Part shown: positions 48,290 through 60,773 of the stretch, one piece after another
How positions within the stretch are numbered: position 1 is the first letter of the stretch
Layout: each line of letters opens with the position of its first letter
DNA from: Entomortierella parvispora E1425
Lineage: Eukaryota > Fungi > Mortierellomycota
Length of the DNA: 64,000 nt
Direction of reading: 5' to 3'
NCBI GenBank assembly: GCA_020891255.1
Contig: BQFW01000001.1
Location: forward strand, 1,984,001-2,048,000
The notes under the pieces: model-generated
Database searches by the model: none
What the model saw: only the letters and a program-made list of their open reading frames with translations
What the model was told of the DNA's origin: nothing
Position numbers and translations under genes: made by a program

Positions 48290-48606
48290 GACGACAGAGC
48301 TGAAGTTGGAACTGGAGATGGAGAGTGGAGTATATGAAGATGAAGGATGAAGATGATAAAAGGTGAAGTGAAAAGAGCAGCTTCACTTTCCCACGGTGCA
48401 GAACATGTAATGATGATAGAAAAAAAAGATGGGATGGACGCCCTCTTTTTATGTTGTGCACCGAAAAGGAAGTTCAAGAAGAAATGAAAGAAGGACGAAC
48501 CCTGAATAAAATTCAGACCGCGACGGAGAGCTGCGGCACGGAAGGACATTGGTTGCTGACAGTGCATGCGCTGTTCATCTGGCATCGTCCAGTCAGTTCA
48601 GTCATG

Positions 48607-48614
48607 TGACTCAT
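48607..48614 (+). promoter_or_regulatory. Gcn4/CpcA-type site TGACTCAT upstream of IleRS
   Basis: Consensus match about 320 bp 5' of the IleRS ATG. Confidence 0.35.
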
Positions 48615-49201
48615 TCCAGTCATAGCCACCATTGCAAGCAACAAATTGCTAGATCCTTTTGCATCTCTTCGCTCTCATCCGCGGGGTAAACATTTTAATA
48701 TCTCGTTCAGGCACACAACGTGGGCCGGAAATGTTCAGTTGCTGGGGGAGCCTCGAAGAGGTCAGTTCTATCCCGCAGGGAGGACTGCAGCACGAGTATG
48801 TGGTAGTCTAGCAAGCCATCAGCTTCCAGGGTCAGTTGTGTAGGGGAGTGTCCTTGTGGCAAATGAACAAAACTAGATGTTGTGGGCCACCTGTTGTTGC
48901 AGATATCAATAGCAAGCGGTCAGACCATTCCCGCTCCGAGTAGCCATGTTTTTCTTCGAAGTGCAAATAGTCACCTATCCAGTCCTTCTACTCCCAAAGT
49001 CCGGTGGCTATCAGTTGGTATATGCCGTTCTTCTGCTGTGCTTTTCGAACAGCTCCCGAAGCATGGAACTCAAAGCGGAGCGCGCAAAAGGAAGAGGGTC
49101 ACGTGCCATAGCCCCACCAGCTCCAGGAGTTTCAAGGAAGCACACATTGGACGTATGCATGCAAGCTCTTTCCTCCGCGATCGCGTCCTCTGATCAGGTC
49201 A

Positions 49202-52200
49202 ATGTCTGCCGAGACAGGACTCGATTCGACATTCAGGAACAAAGACACCAAAGATGCCATTCGGACATTGGATCACTATGGCCAATTAAGTGCGCCTACT
49301 GTGGACCCACCTGCCTTTCTTTGCAGAACAGGTATCGATGTCGACGGCTCCAACAAGACGCTACTCGTGGTTCACTCGCAACTTACACAGCTGCATTTAA
49401 TCGTGGATGATCGCCTTCAGGTAGGCTTATTTTGTCGAGCATTACTGTGTATAGCCAAGGTGAATGTATTTTGAAAGCCCAAACTCATTTTTGTGGTTAT
49501 CTGATGATTTTAAAAAAGAGGATCTGGAATTTCGAGAAAGCCATTGCCACATTTTGCTGGAACGACGCTGAAAATGCGGAAAAGGGCTCGAGAAACACCC
49601 CTGAGCTTCTTGTTGGCACGGCGGATGGACAGATCTGGAACGTTGCACTTCTGAAGCCGACTGTGGCACCTTTACCACCAAAAAAGATACCCGAGAGCGC
49701 GCTTCGCACCATCATCAAGATCGAGGACGATGACGATAATGATATCGAAGAGATCGAGCTTTGGAACGATGAAGATGGCTTGCTGGATGGGATCGATCAG
49801 ATACAGGATGTAGTAGAGCCACCTTTCAAACGCCAAAGAACTGGATCCTCGTCAAGTCAAATTTCCGAGAAGTTGGATAAGCATCAAGAACATAGGGTCG
49901 AAACCATCAAAATATCTGCATCTAACAACCTCATAGGATCTGAGGTAAGGAACTGAAGGTGGTGGCTGCTCTGCAGGTGTAGAAGCTTCTAATTTCTGGC
50001 GATAAAGACCTTGTGATATCTAACGATCAACATTACTTTTTTCATCTCCAGCCAGGTTTGGGGAGGATTGCAAAGGCATGGGACCGGCTAATGGTTTTTC
50101 GCCAAAACGAAGAACCAGTTTTATGGTCTTCAGAGAGTCGATTCCAACCAGGGCACACCGTATCGAAGGTTCTGGTACCCTTGGATCGTCCTTTCGGTAT
50201 CGCAACTGCAGATTGTCAGGATCAGGAGGAGGGCCTTTTCGTAGGAACAAGAGATGGGTCGCTTTGGCGCTTCACTGCATCACATCACGATAGGAAGTCT
50301 TTCAAGGCAACCGCAACATGTTGCAAGCTTATCGACGTATGTTCAATTAGGTCCTCTCTAGAAGTTCTGTTTCACAGGGTTCAAGAAGATTTACTCATTT
50401 TATTCAATTAGGAGCCGATCCTTGCATTGCAGAAACTGCACCTCAACAATAATCCAGGGAGCCAACTAGAAAGTATAGTGGCTGTAGGGTATGTTCACTC
50501 ATGCCACTTGGCGTGATAGTTTGAAGGTCGCGACTTTTCATGTACCTAACGGGATTCTTCTTCAGAGCTTCTGGAAACTTTGCTTCCTTAGATATACCAG
50601 TATCGCCTGATGATCCACTTGCAACTCAAAACATCCGGAGAAAGAATGTTGTTACTCCTGTTCATGGTGCTGTCGTAGCAGGGGTAGGTATATATGTGAT
50701 GCATCTCGACTTGAAGTTCACCTGTTATCTGTTGCTAACGAGGGATTTGGATAGGATTACTTCTACATCATGACAGCAATTGGGGAGGTTCACCGCATTT
50801 CACGGAGACCATTCCAGTCCTCAGATGTGGACGTCGAACTCGTGCAAGTACCTCCTCTTCTTGCTTTGATCCCAGTCGTGACAAGGAATGCCCTTGTAGG
50901 ATTTTACGGCCTTGCACAAGGCGGATCTGTAGTCCACATCACAATGGACCTAAAAACGTAAGCCTATTTGAATGCTGTGATTGGAATATATGGTACCCCG
51001 TATGCTTAGTCAATTTTCTGATCGATTGCTCCACAACTTCAGGACCAAGAGAGATCGCGAAATTATGGATTCTAGACACAACATCGACGACTTACTTCAA
51101 GATCTAGAAAGACTCAACAAACAGGCCAGAGACCTTGAATCAGAATGTCAGGTATGTCAGATCGCAGTGCGAGTTAGTCTAGAAACTTCTGGACAATATG
51201 TTAACCTGCGTGTCCATATACGTGTTTTACTACAGGCCCAAAACACCAGAATCGCAAGTTATAATCAAGTGGCCCACACTCTGCAATCAGCTGTCCTCGC
51301 GTTCAATAGCAACCAGGGTCAGGGAGAGCCGCTTGTGGACCTGTCGGTCACGGCCATTGTTCGAAATGTCACAAAGGGCTATACAGGACAACGTCAGAAT
51401 GTCGCACAGATCAGAATCTCTTCTACTCTTGACCTCGATTGGAGTCATGGTTGGTCAGGTACGTTTTGAACTGTTCTCTGCAAATGATGCTTCTCCATTG
51501 AAGCTGACATTTTGTGGTTCTGGGTGGTTAATATCTATAGTTGTCTTCAGAACGATGGAATCACGACCCACTTGTCCCCATGAGGACAAAATTGAGCGAC
51601 CTTTGCAACACGAAGTCTTTGCTGATCTGTCCGACCTCTCGCCTCGTAGCCCATGGATACAGGAGCTTGAGTTGGACATGAGTCAGACTCGGCTGCCTCT
51701 TTTGATCCACATTGGTCTCCAATACAGCGAAATGGCAGAATCAGGAGACCACCGATACACATCCTATTTTTTCATCGAGAGCTTTGGCCTGGACGTTCTT
51801 CATTTTAGCAATCCATTACAGGATCCAGTCAATGGAATTACAGGAAACCTCATGCTGAAGGGTAAGAGTGTGTCATCAGGGGACCAACAGACTCGTCATC
51901 AGCAGTTCTCAGGAACTATCGTAAAGGCAGGCGGAACATATTGTCCAAAATGCAAAGACGATGCCATTAGTGGGGCCCGTGATCCGCTGGTCTTTTCTTT
52001 CGACACAACCGACATCAAGTTCGAGCAATGTTTATCAGCGATTTTAGCGGACTCTCTACCCAGCGACAGAGTTCAGGCCATGATCCAAACTGCCGTGAGA
52101 GCCGCATTGGTTGTTCCTGATATCTGTCTTCCCGACGTCAACGTTGCGGAGCAAAATGCCAAAACGGTCGACACAAACAAAACAGTGTGGATAAATCTCG

Positions 52201-52322
52201 AGGAACAGGGTCGGCACGATACTGCCGTCAGCGCTTCTTTGCAGGTCAAAGGGGCAGACCCATGGCGAGTAGCTCTAGTTCATCAGGCACTCAGGAAGCG
52301 AATAGATGCGCTCTTTGATTGA
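49202..52322 (+). CDS. Multi-exon protein resembling Fanconi anemia core complex subunit FAAP100 (propeller-like N-terminus, coiled coil, C-terminal beta-sandwich); start uncertain
   Basis: Exons encode LLVGTADGQIW, FVGTRDGSLW, EPILAL, a coiled coil (DDLLQDLERLNKQARDLESE...AQNTRIASYNQ), LDLDWSHGW, and LPLLIHIGLQY. The family assignment is from recollection of FAAP100 architecture. Confidence 0.5.
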
Positions 52323-52376
52323 CCATTGTAACATTGTAATATATTAAAAAGGATGGCTACTGTCTAATTTGTCCAC

Positions 52377-54162
52377 TCATTGCTTAAAGGAAATGACGGC
52401 GTATTCGCCGCTGACCTGCCAGTCGTTGGCCAATTTGTCCATCTTTTCTTCCACACCCTCTGCAAGGCCAACGACTACGTCTGCTTTGCAAGTTCTAAAG
52501 GTTACAAGACTTGGTACATCCTCGCGACTGCCCAGAGGGCCAATGGCTTTCTTGAACGGAGTTGTTGTGGGCCACTGGCAATCATAGACCAGCTTTCTAT
52601 AGTTGAGATCACCCTTGAAGATCCAGAGGTCCGATTTCTTCATGTCTGTGAATAAGTCCTGTGCTGAGGGCAACGACGTCAAATGATAAAATGCGTAGCA
52701 CGACGTCCAGAAATCGTCCGAAGTGACTCGCCAAACGCCTTGATCCACATATGACTGCCACTTTGCGCCCAAATCCCTGAGGGCCTTCTGTTCTGCTGGA
52801 TCGGAAGGGTCGAAAAAGGGAGCACTATCGTTACTTGACGATGAGGCGTAGCGAAGCTGATCTAAAGTCCATTGAAAGTCTACGGGCATGACGTCCGACA
52901 CGAACCAGGGGATGGTCTTTGCATGGAAGACAACCTCTGAAGCGAATCCAGCGCGGATCAAATAATCAGCAAACATGAGATCGACGTAAAGCTCAAAGCC
53001 TACATCAAGAATAAAAAGAAAAGATGAATGTTAGGGCAGCTCTCTCATTCAGTGATGCTCATGCCTCGAATTACATATCCCCATCAAGTAGGTTACCAGC
53101 ATTGTCCAAGATAAAGTCGACGCGTCCCTTGCGCAAGCCCTTGACCTTAGCCCACAAGGCATTCAGATCGTTGGCCAAGATCTTTTCCTCGTGTTTTTGC
53201 AACTCTGATGTCTCCTCTCCGCCCTTTCCTTGCTGTTGTTCTTCTAATTGCTTGTCCAGACTCGTGGTGGACGAATTGTTGGAGGATGAGGCTGTTGACG
53301 TCATCATTCGCTTTTGGAGTTCCTCCACTTTGGCCAGATCAGGGTTGTCCAACAAGGACAAGTCTGTGGCGTTGCCCCACAGGCAGAACTGAGCCAACTC
53401 GAAGAATGCCTCCTCTGTTCCTACTGACTCTGGTCCCTGACTGACCAAAATATCCAATGAAGAGAGTCCCTCGGTACCATTGGCAGTACTGTCCTCTGAC
53501 GGGGACATTAACCGGACCGCAATTGCGACAACAGCCTTTTGAGAAGACTTGAACACTGTCTTTTTCTGCTCGTGAAAGGGGTCGTAATCTCTGAAATGCT
53601 GAGTCAATGCAAAAGTCTCCCGCACCCGACGGTAAAGATAACACTCTGCGAACAACCAGGGAGCCTTGAACCAACTGGAGCCTTCAAAGTGATCCGCCAA
53701 TGTTTGGTTCCATTCCTCGACATCATCCTCTGAATCTCGCAGAGGTCTAAACAGTATAAAAGTGGTTATTTAGAAGTTTAGAAGGAGAAAAAACAGACAG
53801 GTGATCAAGTTGGACTTTCAATCCTCCCCTCTATCCCCGAACGGTCTTTCATTATTCCCTTTCATGGTAAGAAAAGGGAGGGAGGGAGGGAGGAAGACGG
53901 GGTATTACCGAAACTTCTTGTCGTGCTGTAATTCATAGCGCAGTTCAGAAATGGTCGAGATGATATGTTTTGCCTCTTTTTCTTTTTCCTTCAGATCGAG
54001 CTCTGTGGAGGGCAGGTTATGGTAGGTCTGATAGACGTCATTGATGACCTTTGTAATGATCACAGGCAGGCGCGCCTGCATGGTCTTGTATCCAAATGAA
54101 TCACGATCGCTTGCGGAGAGAGCCTTGCAAGGAGGGTGGGAAGGATCGTACGAGGCTGCCAT
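52377..54162 (-). CDS. DUF89/ARMT1-family metal-dependent damage-control phosphatase; multi-exon
   Basis: SFGYKTMQARLPVII; WFKAPWLFAECYLYRR; CLWGNATDLSL; DFILDNAG; KTIPWFVSDV; IFKGDLNYRKL; RTCKADVVVGL. Confidence 0.92.
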
Positions 54163-54999
54163 ATCAGGGATTAAAACGGTTTGCCAGTGAAGGGGGGTGG
54201 AGGGGGGCAGGGATGAATAGGAGGTGCAATGAGAATGTTGTCGCGTATGGATGAGCGTGAGCGAATGAATGGAAGTGGAACGCAAGTCTTCAGGAGAACG
54301 ATGTTCAATGGGAACAGAATCAAGCGACACCGTCGATCAGCGGCTCATCACCTGACCTGGGCACAGCTCTCTGCAGCTGTGGACCGCTGCACAAGACCCT
54401 GCGCGGGTGGCTCTTCGATCAAGGCTGTGGTGGACCTCAAGGAACTGTTGGGGACTAGCGACCAGACCATTGAAAGTACAGCAGGGGTCTAGCTCGTGCC
54501 TGCTGGTAATGACTCCATAATCACGCCGTTGAGTCGAGATAGACACATGCAAGATTCTTCGGAGAAAAAAGCGCTCTCTGACAGGACAGACGAGGTGAGA
54601 AATGGAGACCAAGCTGGACTTGCCAGGGTGCAGGAGAGTCAGCAATGGGCTCCCCTGTGCCACGATACTCAGGCTGGCGAGGGGAGCGATTGTCGTGAGA
54701 ACGAGCTGACTTGAGCAGGACTCACTGGGCGATGACCAGTTCCCGACCTGGTCCCACAGCCTCGAGTTTATCGTGCGCCAAAAGTGAAAGTGACGTGATG
54801 AATGAATCCGTGGTCCATTCGCATGGTGTGGTTCAATAATATCGTTGCTTTGTCCCGCTGGTCTCTTTGCTCAGTCTCCTTTTTCTATTTTGGCATAGGT
54901 AACTTTTTTTTCCCTTCTTTCATTCTTTCATTCTTTCCTCATCCCATTCCATCTTTTTCATCTCTCTCCTCATCCACCAACCACTACAACTGCCACACA

Positions 55000-56573
55000 A
55001 TGAGCTCCAAAGACCAGTTTGATGACGAAGGCCCCGCTGTCGAGGTCCCTGCCGAACAAAAGGACTCATTCCGTTCCTTCGTGTCCACCCTGGCCCAGTT
55101 CTCGGGCGATCTCTCCAGCTTGACCTGCCCCAGCTTTTTGCTCAGCTCTGTCAGTTTGCTCGAGTACAGGCAAGTGAAAGAAACAATGCCGTCCAGTCGA
55201 ACCGCTTGCTGCTTTCTTTTATCATCAGACGATCGATCATTCATACGCACAACACGCGCACACGCGCAAACACAAGCCCGATCTAATCCTCGTTCTTTTT
55301 GGTGTTTGCTCTTGCCTTTTTTATAGTCAATACTGGGGCGACCATCCCAAGCTCTTTGCTTCCATCTCCGAGGGCGAGACTCCAGAGGAACGCCTCTTGA
55401 ATGTCACACGCTGGTTCATCTCGACTCTCTTTGGGTCATATTCCTCCCGATCCACCACAGCTGGCATGGAGAAGAAGCCCTACAACCCCATTCTTGGCGA
55501 GCAATACTTTGCCAAGTGGACTGGCGATGAACATACCGGCGACACTATCCTCCGGGCTGAACAAGTCAGCCATCACCCCCCAGTATGTCTCTTGCTCCTT
55601 GTTTCGTTTGACTGTGACATAACCTGACTTGCAAACATCGCCAAAGCAGGTTCTCCTCGAGCCGAATTGGAGTTGATCACACAGCCCACTCGCCACCTTT
55701 TTTTTTTTTTTGCATTTTTTTTTTTTTTTTTTTTAATATCCCTGCTTGCGTCACTCATGCCTTGTTCCTATCTTCATGTTGCCTTTTTGTTAGATCATGG
55801 GTTTCCACCTCGAGAACAAGAAGGCTGGTGTCATTTTGGAGGGACACTGTGGCCAAAAATCAAGATTTGCCATGCCTGCTGGAATTGACGTGTCACAGAC
55901 GGGCCACGCTATTTTGACTCTGCCTCACTTCAAGGAACATTACCTGATCACACTCCCTTCCCTCAACATCCGTGGCATGGTCACAGGACGACCCTCGGTC
56001 GAGCTCTCTGGAACGACCTACATTATTAGCAGTGCAGGAAACTTGGCCACGATCGAATACAGCACTCGCGGATACTTTTCAGGAGAACGCCACAGCTTTA
56101 AGGCTACGTTGAAGCCTGTCGAAGGAGGCTCTGCATTCTATACGGCCCAGGGTGTCTGGAGCGGTGTGTCCAACTTTACGGATGTCAAGAAGAACGAGAC
56201 CAAGCTCTTCTTTGATTCAGACACGGACAAGAGCATTGCTCCAGAACTGCAGTCTATTTCTGAGATGGGTCCCCTTGAGTCGCACAAGCTCTGGGCCAAT
56301 GTCACGAATGCCATCAACTCCAAGGACTACGCCACCGCCTCCAAGGAAAAGTCACAGATTGAGGAAGCTCAGCGTGCCTTGGCCAAGACTCGTAAGGAGA
56401 ATGGCGAAAGTCAGGCTGATGCTCTTCAGGTCTTTGAGCTTGTCACTGAGGACTCTGACGAGACTGGCAAGGCATTTATCGAACTCAAGGAGGAATTGAT
56501 TGACGCTGTGGGCGCCAAGGCCCTGAAGGAGGACGATAACAAGCCCCACTGGAGGCTGCGCCATGCCATCTAG
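55000..56573 (+). CDS. Oxysterol-binding protein (Kes1/Osh4-like); multi-exon, first intron GC-AG (55170-55326)
   Basis: GDLSSLTCPSFLLSSVSLLEY|SQYW; EKKPYNPILGE; signature EQVSHHPP. Confidence 0.92.
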
Positions 56574-56661
56574 ACTGTATCGACTGCAAAGACACGTAGA
56601 TGAATAAATCATATATATATATATATATTGAGATGTGCATGCCGCTTTTGCTATGAGACGA

Positions 56662-57363
56662 TTACTGAGAGAATGACTGGATCCTTGAGAAAAGGGCTTC
56701 ATCCCAGAGATGATATCCCTCTGTATTGAGATGGACATGGTCATCCAAGTGCTCGTCTTTGATCACTGCCTTCGGTGCCTCGCTCCAGAAGATCCTCTCC
56801 CTTCCCAGGTTGGCATTCATCTCTTTGACCATTGTATGAATCATATCATTTGCTTCTTCAATACAATGGTCCTCAAAGTCCTTGCGCTTGAAGAGTTCAC
56901 AGACCAGGATCTTTGTTTCTTCACCGCCTAACCTCAACAAATTTTGCAGGAGCAATCGATAATGATCGATTTCAGAGGAGCGAAGGCCTTTCTTGCGCAA
57001 GTTGTTCGTTCCAACCATAACTACCCAGAGCTTGACCTGCTGTTGTTCAAGAGGCGTGTTCATAAAGGACAGTCGGTAGAGGACATTTTCAATTTTGTCG
57101 CCTCCACATCCGGCATTCAAGGATCGTGGTAGGTTTGTATAGATCCGAGTAGCGGTGCCGGTGGTCTTGAATCTCTCCAGCATAGAATCACCAATAAGGA
57201 CGGTATCCAGAGAGGGTTGGGCCAAGAGTTCTGGAAGGTGGACTTCGTGACAGGTGGAGTGAGATCGGTCTTTGAAGGCCATGGTCGATCGGAGAAGCAG
57301 ATCAAAGGCGTCCTGGGGCAGGGCCAGATTTTCGACAGTATCTTGACTATGGGTTAGTGCCAT
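56662..57363 (-). CDS. SGNH/GDSL hydrolase (PAF-acetylhydrolase IB-like), intronless
   Basis: Blocks LIGDSML, NAGCGGD, VGTNN, DDHVH. Confidence 0.85.
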   Translation of the reverse strand: MALTHSQDTVENLALPQDAFDLLLRSTMAFKDRSHSTCHEVHLPELLAQPSLDTVLIGDSMLERFKTTGTATRIYTNLPRSLNAGCGGDKIENVLYRLSFMNTPLEQQQVKLWVVMVGTNNLRKKGLRSSEIDHYRLLLQNLLRLGGEETKILVCELFKRKDFEDHCIEEANDMIHTMVKEMNANLGRERIFWSEAPKAVIKDEHLDDHVHLNTEGYHLWDEALFSRIQSFSQ

Positions 57364-57864
57364 GGCAACAGAGGGTCTGGAGGGGAGGAGAGGAGAGGAG
57401 AGGAGGAATCTAGAGTAAAGAAGAAAGAAGGAAGGAGCAAGCAACGAAGAGGTTTTTGTGGTGGGCGGTGCTACTGCGCCCCCAACTGGCACGACCTGGC
57501 GCCACGGGCACTGGAGCAGAAAAGCCAGCCATTAACTCCCATGGCTCCGTTCTCGGTCTGTGCATCAAGTCTCGAGGCTGGTGCGACCTAAAGAGCGGTG
57601 AGCAGCATCAATGACGAAGGTGCAAAGTCGAGATGGACCAAGACAAAGGCCAAAAGGACGCAAGGACGCGAAAAATTAAAAAAAAAAAAAAAATGCCCGT
57701 TCCCCAGTGACGTGACGGGGAGATGGATGCCATGAAGGGAGAACCACTTTTGAGCAAGGGCTGTTGAACGGGCTGACCTCTTCAATTTTTTCCTTTTCTT
57801 TCTTGCTGTCTTCTCTCTTCATTACCATCCATCCTCCCCTCCTTGCACCCTTGCTGCAGTTCCA

Positions 57865-60110
57865 ATGCCGAGTGTGACCCTCCACAACCCCGAGGACAAG
57901 GCCGCCATCAAGCGTGCCTTGCCTACCACCACCCAAGTACGGCTCATGCCATCTCCATCAGGCCCAGTACTCAAATGCATGTACCATGGTCACTCATCAG
58001 TCTGCTTCTCTCTTTCTTTTTCTATATCTCCAACAGAAAATCATCACTGCCACCGTCGCTCGCCTCTATGTTGCATATCCTGACCCAAACTCTTGGACCT
58101 ACTCTGGCATCATGGGCGGACTTGCCTTTGTGCAGACAAAGAACTCATTCCTGTTCCGCATCGTCGACTTGATGGTATGTCAACCATGGAAAACGAGTTG
58201 CTCTCTGTTGACCTCAAATAACGCAGTAAAAGCTGGACTCCTAACCCTCCTGTCTCCCTTCATCACTGCAGGGTTCTCGCGGCGTCATCTGGGAGCAAGA
58301 GCTGTACGAAGACTTTGAATACAACCAAGAACGCTCCTTCTTCCACACCTTTGCCATCGATGTGAGTTTTTTTACCGGAAGCTGGACCCTTCGACATAAA
58401 TCTCTTGGCAGCACAACAGCAACGCCTGGGACGTTCCATAAACGGAGCCTATTTACTAACCGCTCCTGTTCTCCTTTGACTCCCCTTTTCGGTCCGATGC
58501 AGAACTGCCAAGCTGCGTTTTCCTTTGCCGATGATCAGGAAGCCGGTGTCTTTTACAAAAAGGTCTGGGGCCGCGACAAGCTGAAGAAAAGTAATGGCCT
58601 TTCCAAGTCTGCTCATCCAGCGCTCTGCTCTTTGTGAGAAAACATTCCTTTTATCCGCTCATAACTCACACGATTCTTTGTATTTATAGAAAACTCGCCT
58701 GATGGCTCTCCCGGTGGTACCCCCAAATCCAGAAAGAGTGGGTTCTTTGGCAGTAAGAAGGAAAAGAAGGGGCCCAAGGGCAAGCTGGACAAGACTCAGA
58801 TCGGATTGCCCTCAAACTTCCGTCATCTCGGCCATATTGGATGGGATCCCAACAAGGGCTTTAATGTAAGTCCCCATTGAATTATTTCTCGTTTTCCCTA
58901 TTCTTTTGGCTGACGAAATGCTAACTCGCCTCTTCACCTTTTGCATTGCTTGGATATGGACGTATAGGTGCAAAACATTGATCCAGAGTGGAAGAACCTG
59001 TTCGAGCAGCTGGAAAAGATGGGAGTCAGTCAGGACGAGATCCAGAACAATGCCGAGTTTGTCTCTCAATTTGTTCAGGCTCGAGGAGGCCCTGCTGCCA
59101 AACCGGCTCCCCCTGCCAGTCGTGCGCGTGCTGCTCCCTCCTCGGGAGGGCACCAGCAACACCCTTCCTCGGGCAATCCATCCGCTGCAGTGTTGCCCGT
59201 GATGAAGCCTACGGTGAAGCCTCCTCCACCACCTCCTCCTGCCTCGCGTAGAGCTCCCCCTCCCCCGCCTCCTTCCCGCATGTCGCGTGTTGCCCCGGCA
59301 CCCCCTCCAGCAGTGAGCGCGCCTCCAGCCCTCCCTAGTCGTGAGCCAGTCCACGTTGCGCCTCCTGCACCGCCTTCACCTGAACCCCCACGTCAGACGT
59401 TTGCACCACCCACCCCTGCTCGGGATGCTGCTCCTCCGCCACCCCCGCGTCCTGCTGCCTACACCCCCCCTACCTCAAACTACGCGCCCCCTCCTCCCCC
59501 TCCTCCAGTGCGTGGGGCCTATGTTCCCGTGTCGGCACCCCCACCCCCTCCACCCCCACCTTTCCATTCTTCGTCTGGTGGACCCCCTCCTCCTCCTCCA
59601 CCACCTCCTCCCCCAATGGGAGGATTCAACTCCGGAGGACCTCCCCCTCCCCCCCCTCCTCCTCCTCCAATGGGAGGATACAATGCTGGAGGACCTCCCC
59701 CACCTCCTCCCCCTCCTCCCCCCATGGGCGGTGCTGGTGGTCCCCCACCTCCACCTCCCCCACCTCCACCAATGGGTGGATCTGGTGTCCCTCCTCCACC
59801 TCCTCCACCTCCTTCTGGCGGTGGTGGCCCTATTCTTCCACCAGGCGCAGGCGCTGCAGGACGTGCCAATCTCTTGGAGAGCATTCGTGGTGCAGGTGGC
59901 ATTGGTGCTTTGCGCAAGACTGGCGGTGGTGATCCAGCCTCCTCTCCCTCGCGTGCTGTTCCTCCTCCACCTGCTGCCGACGCTGATGAAGGCGATGGCA
60001 GCACCTCTGACCTTGCTGCTGCCCTTGCTCTTGCTTTGTCCAAGAGATCCAGAGCTGTGGGCGGATCAGACGATGAAGAAGAGACTGATGATGAGAACTG
60101 GGACGATTGA
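57865..60110 (+). CDS. WASP/Las17 family actin nucleation-promoting factor: WH1, CRIB, polyproline, WH2, acidic tail; multi-exon
   Basis: WH1 ARLYVAYPDPNSWTYSG; CRIB IGLPSNFRHLGHIGWD; long PPPP tracts; WH2 GRANLLESIR...LRK; acidic tail DEEETDDENWDD. Confidence 0.93.
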
Positions 60111-60773
60111 ACAATTTAATGCCTGAGATGCATTCTCCTCCAATATTGATCAATAAAACTGCACACGCAAAAGTAGTGATGACAAAGATGACCTTCTATG
60201 AAAAGGATCCACCAGCGTGGATCGGGATAAACATCGATGAGGGTCCTCAGTTTCGAACTAATGAAAAAACATGGCGAAGTCTTTGATAGCACGGAGTCGT
60301 AACAGGCACCAAAAAAGAGCTGACGAAACTCAGAAGAATATGAAGACCTTGTCGTGTGTCCCTTTATTTTCTTGAGACGCGGTGTGGTCCGTGCCTCCTG
60401 TTTTTCTCTTTTTTTCTTACAGCCCTTCATTGTCGCGAACTGCTATTCAGACGCGACCCCATCAGAGCCTTGTATGCAGATTCCATCCGATGCTTGAAAA
60501 GAGAGCCAGAGGGGAAACGTCGCTAGTCTTTTTGCTATGATGCTCTTGAGGACGCCTTAACCCGAGGTTTCGGTGACCAGGCTATAAGAACATGAGAGCT
60601 CTCACTCTTCTCTTTTCGCTCTCTTTATCCCATCTCATTCTTCACGTCTCTGCATCTTTGAGAACCAACCGACGTTCACAAAAGTCAGCACTAGCATCAT
60701 CGACCCAATCATCATCGTCATCGGCATCATCTTTACTTTTTCACCATCCATCCTTCACAATCATCTGTCGCCA

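Noticed and set aside
48290-48549. Upstream exon or non-AUG extension giving IleRS a presequence (MSFRAAALRRGLNFIQ at 48549)
   Set aside because: The peptide looks presequence-like, but I found no donor/acceptor pair that restores the frame. It needs RNA-seq.
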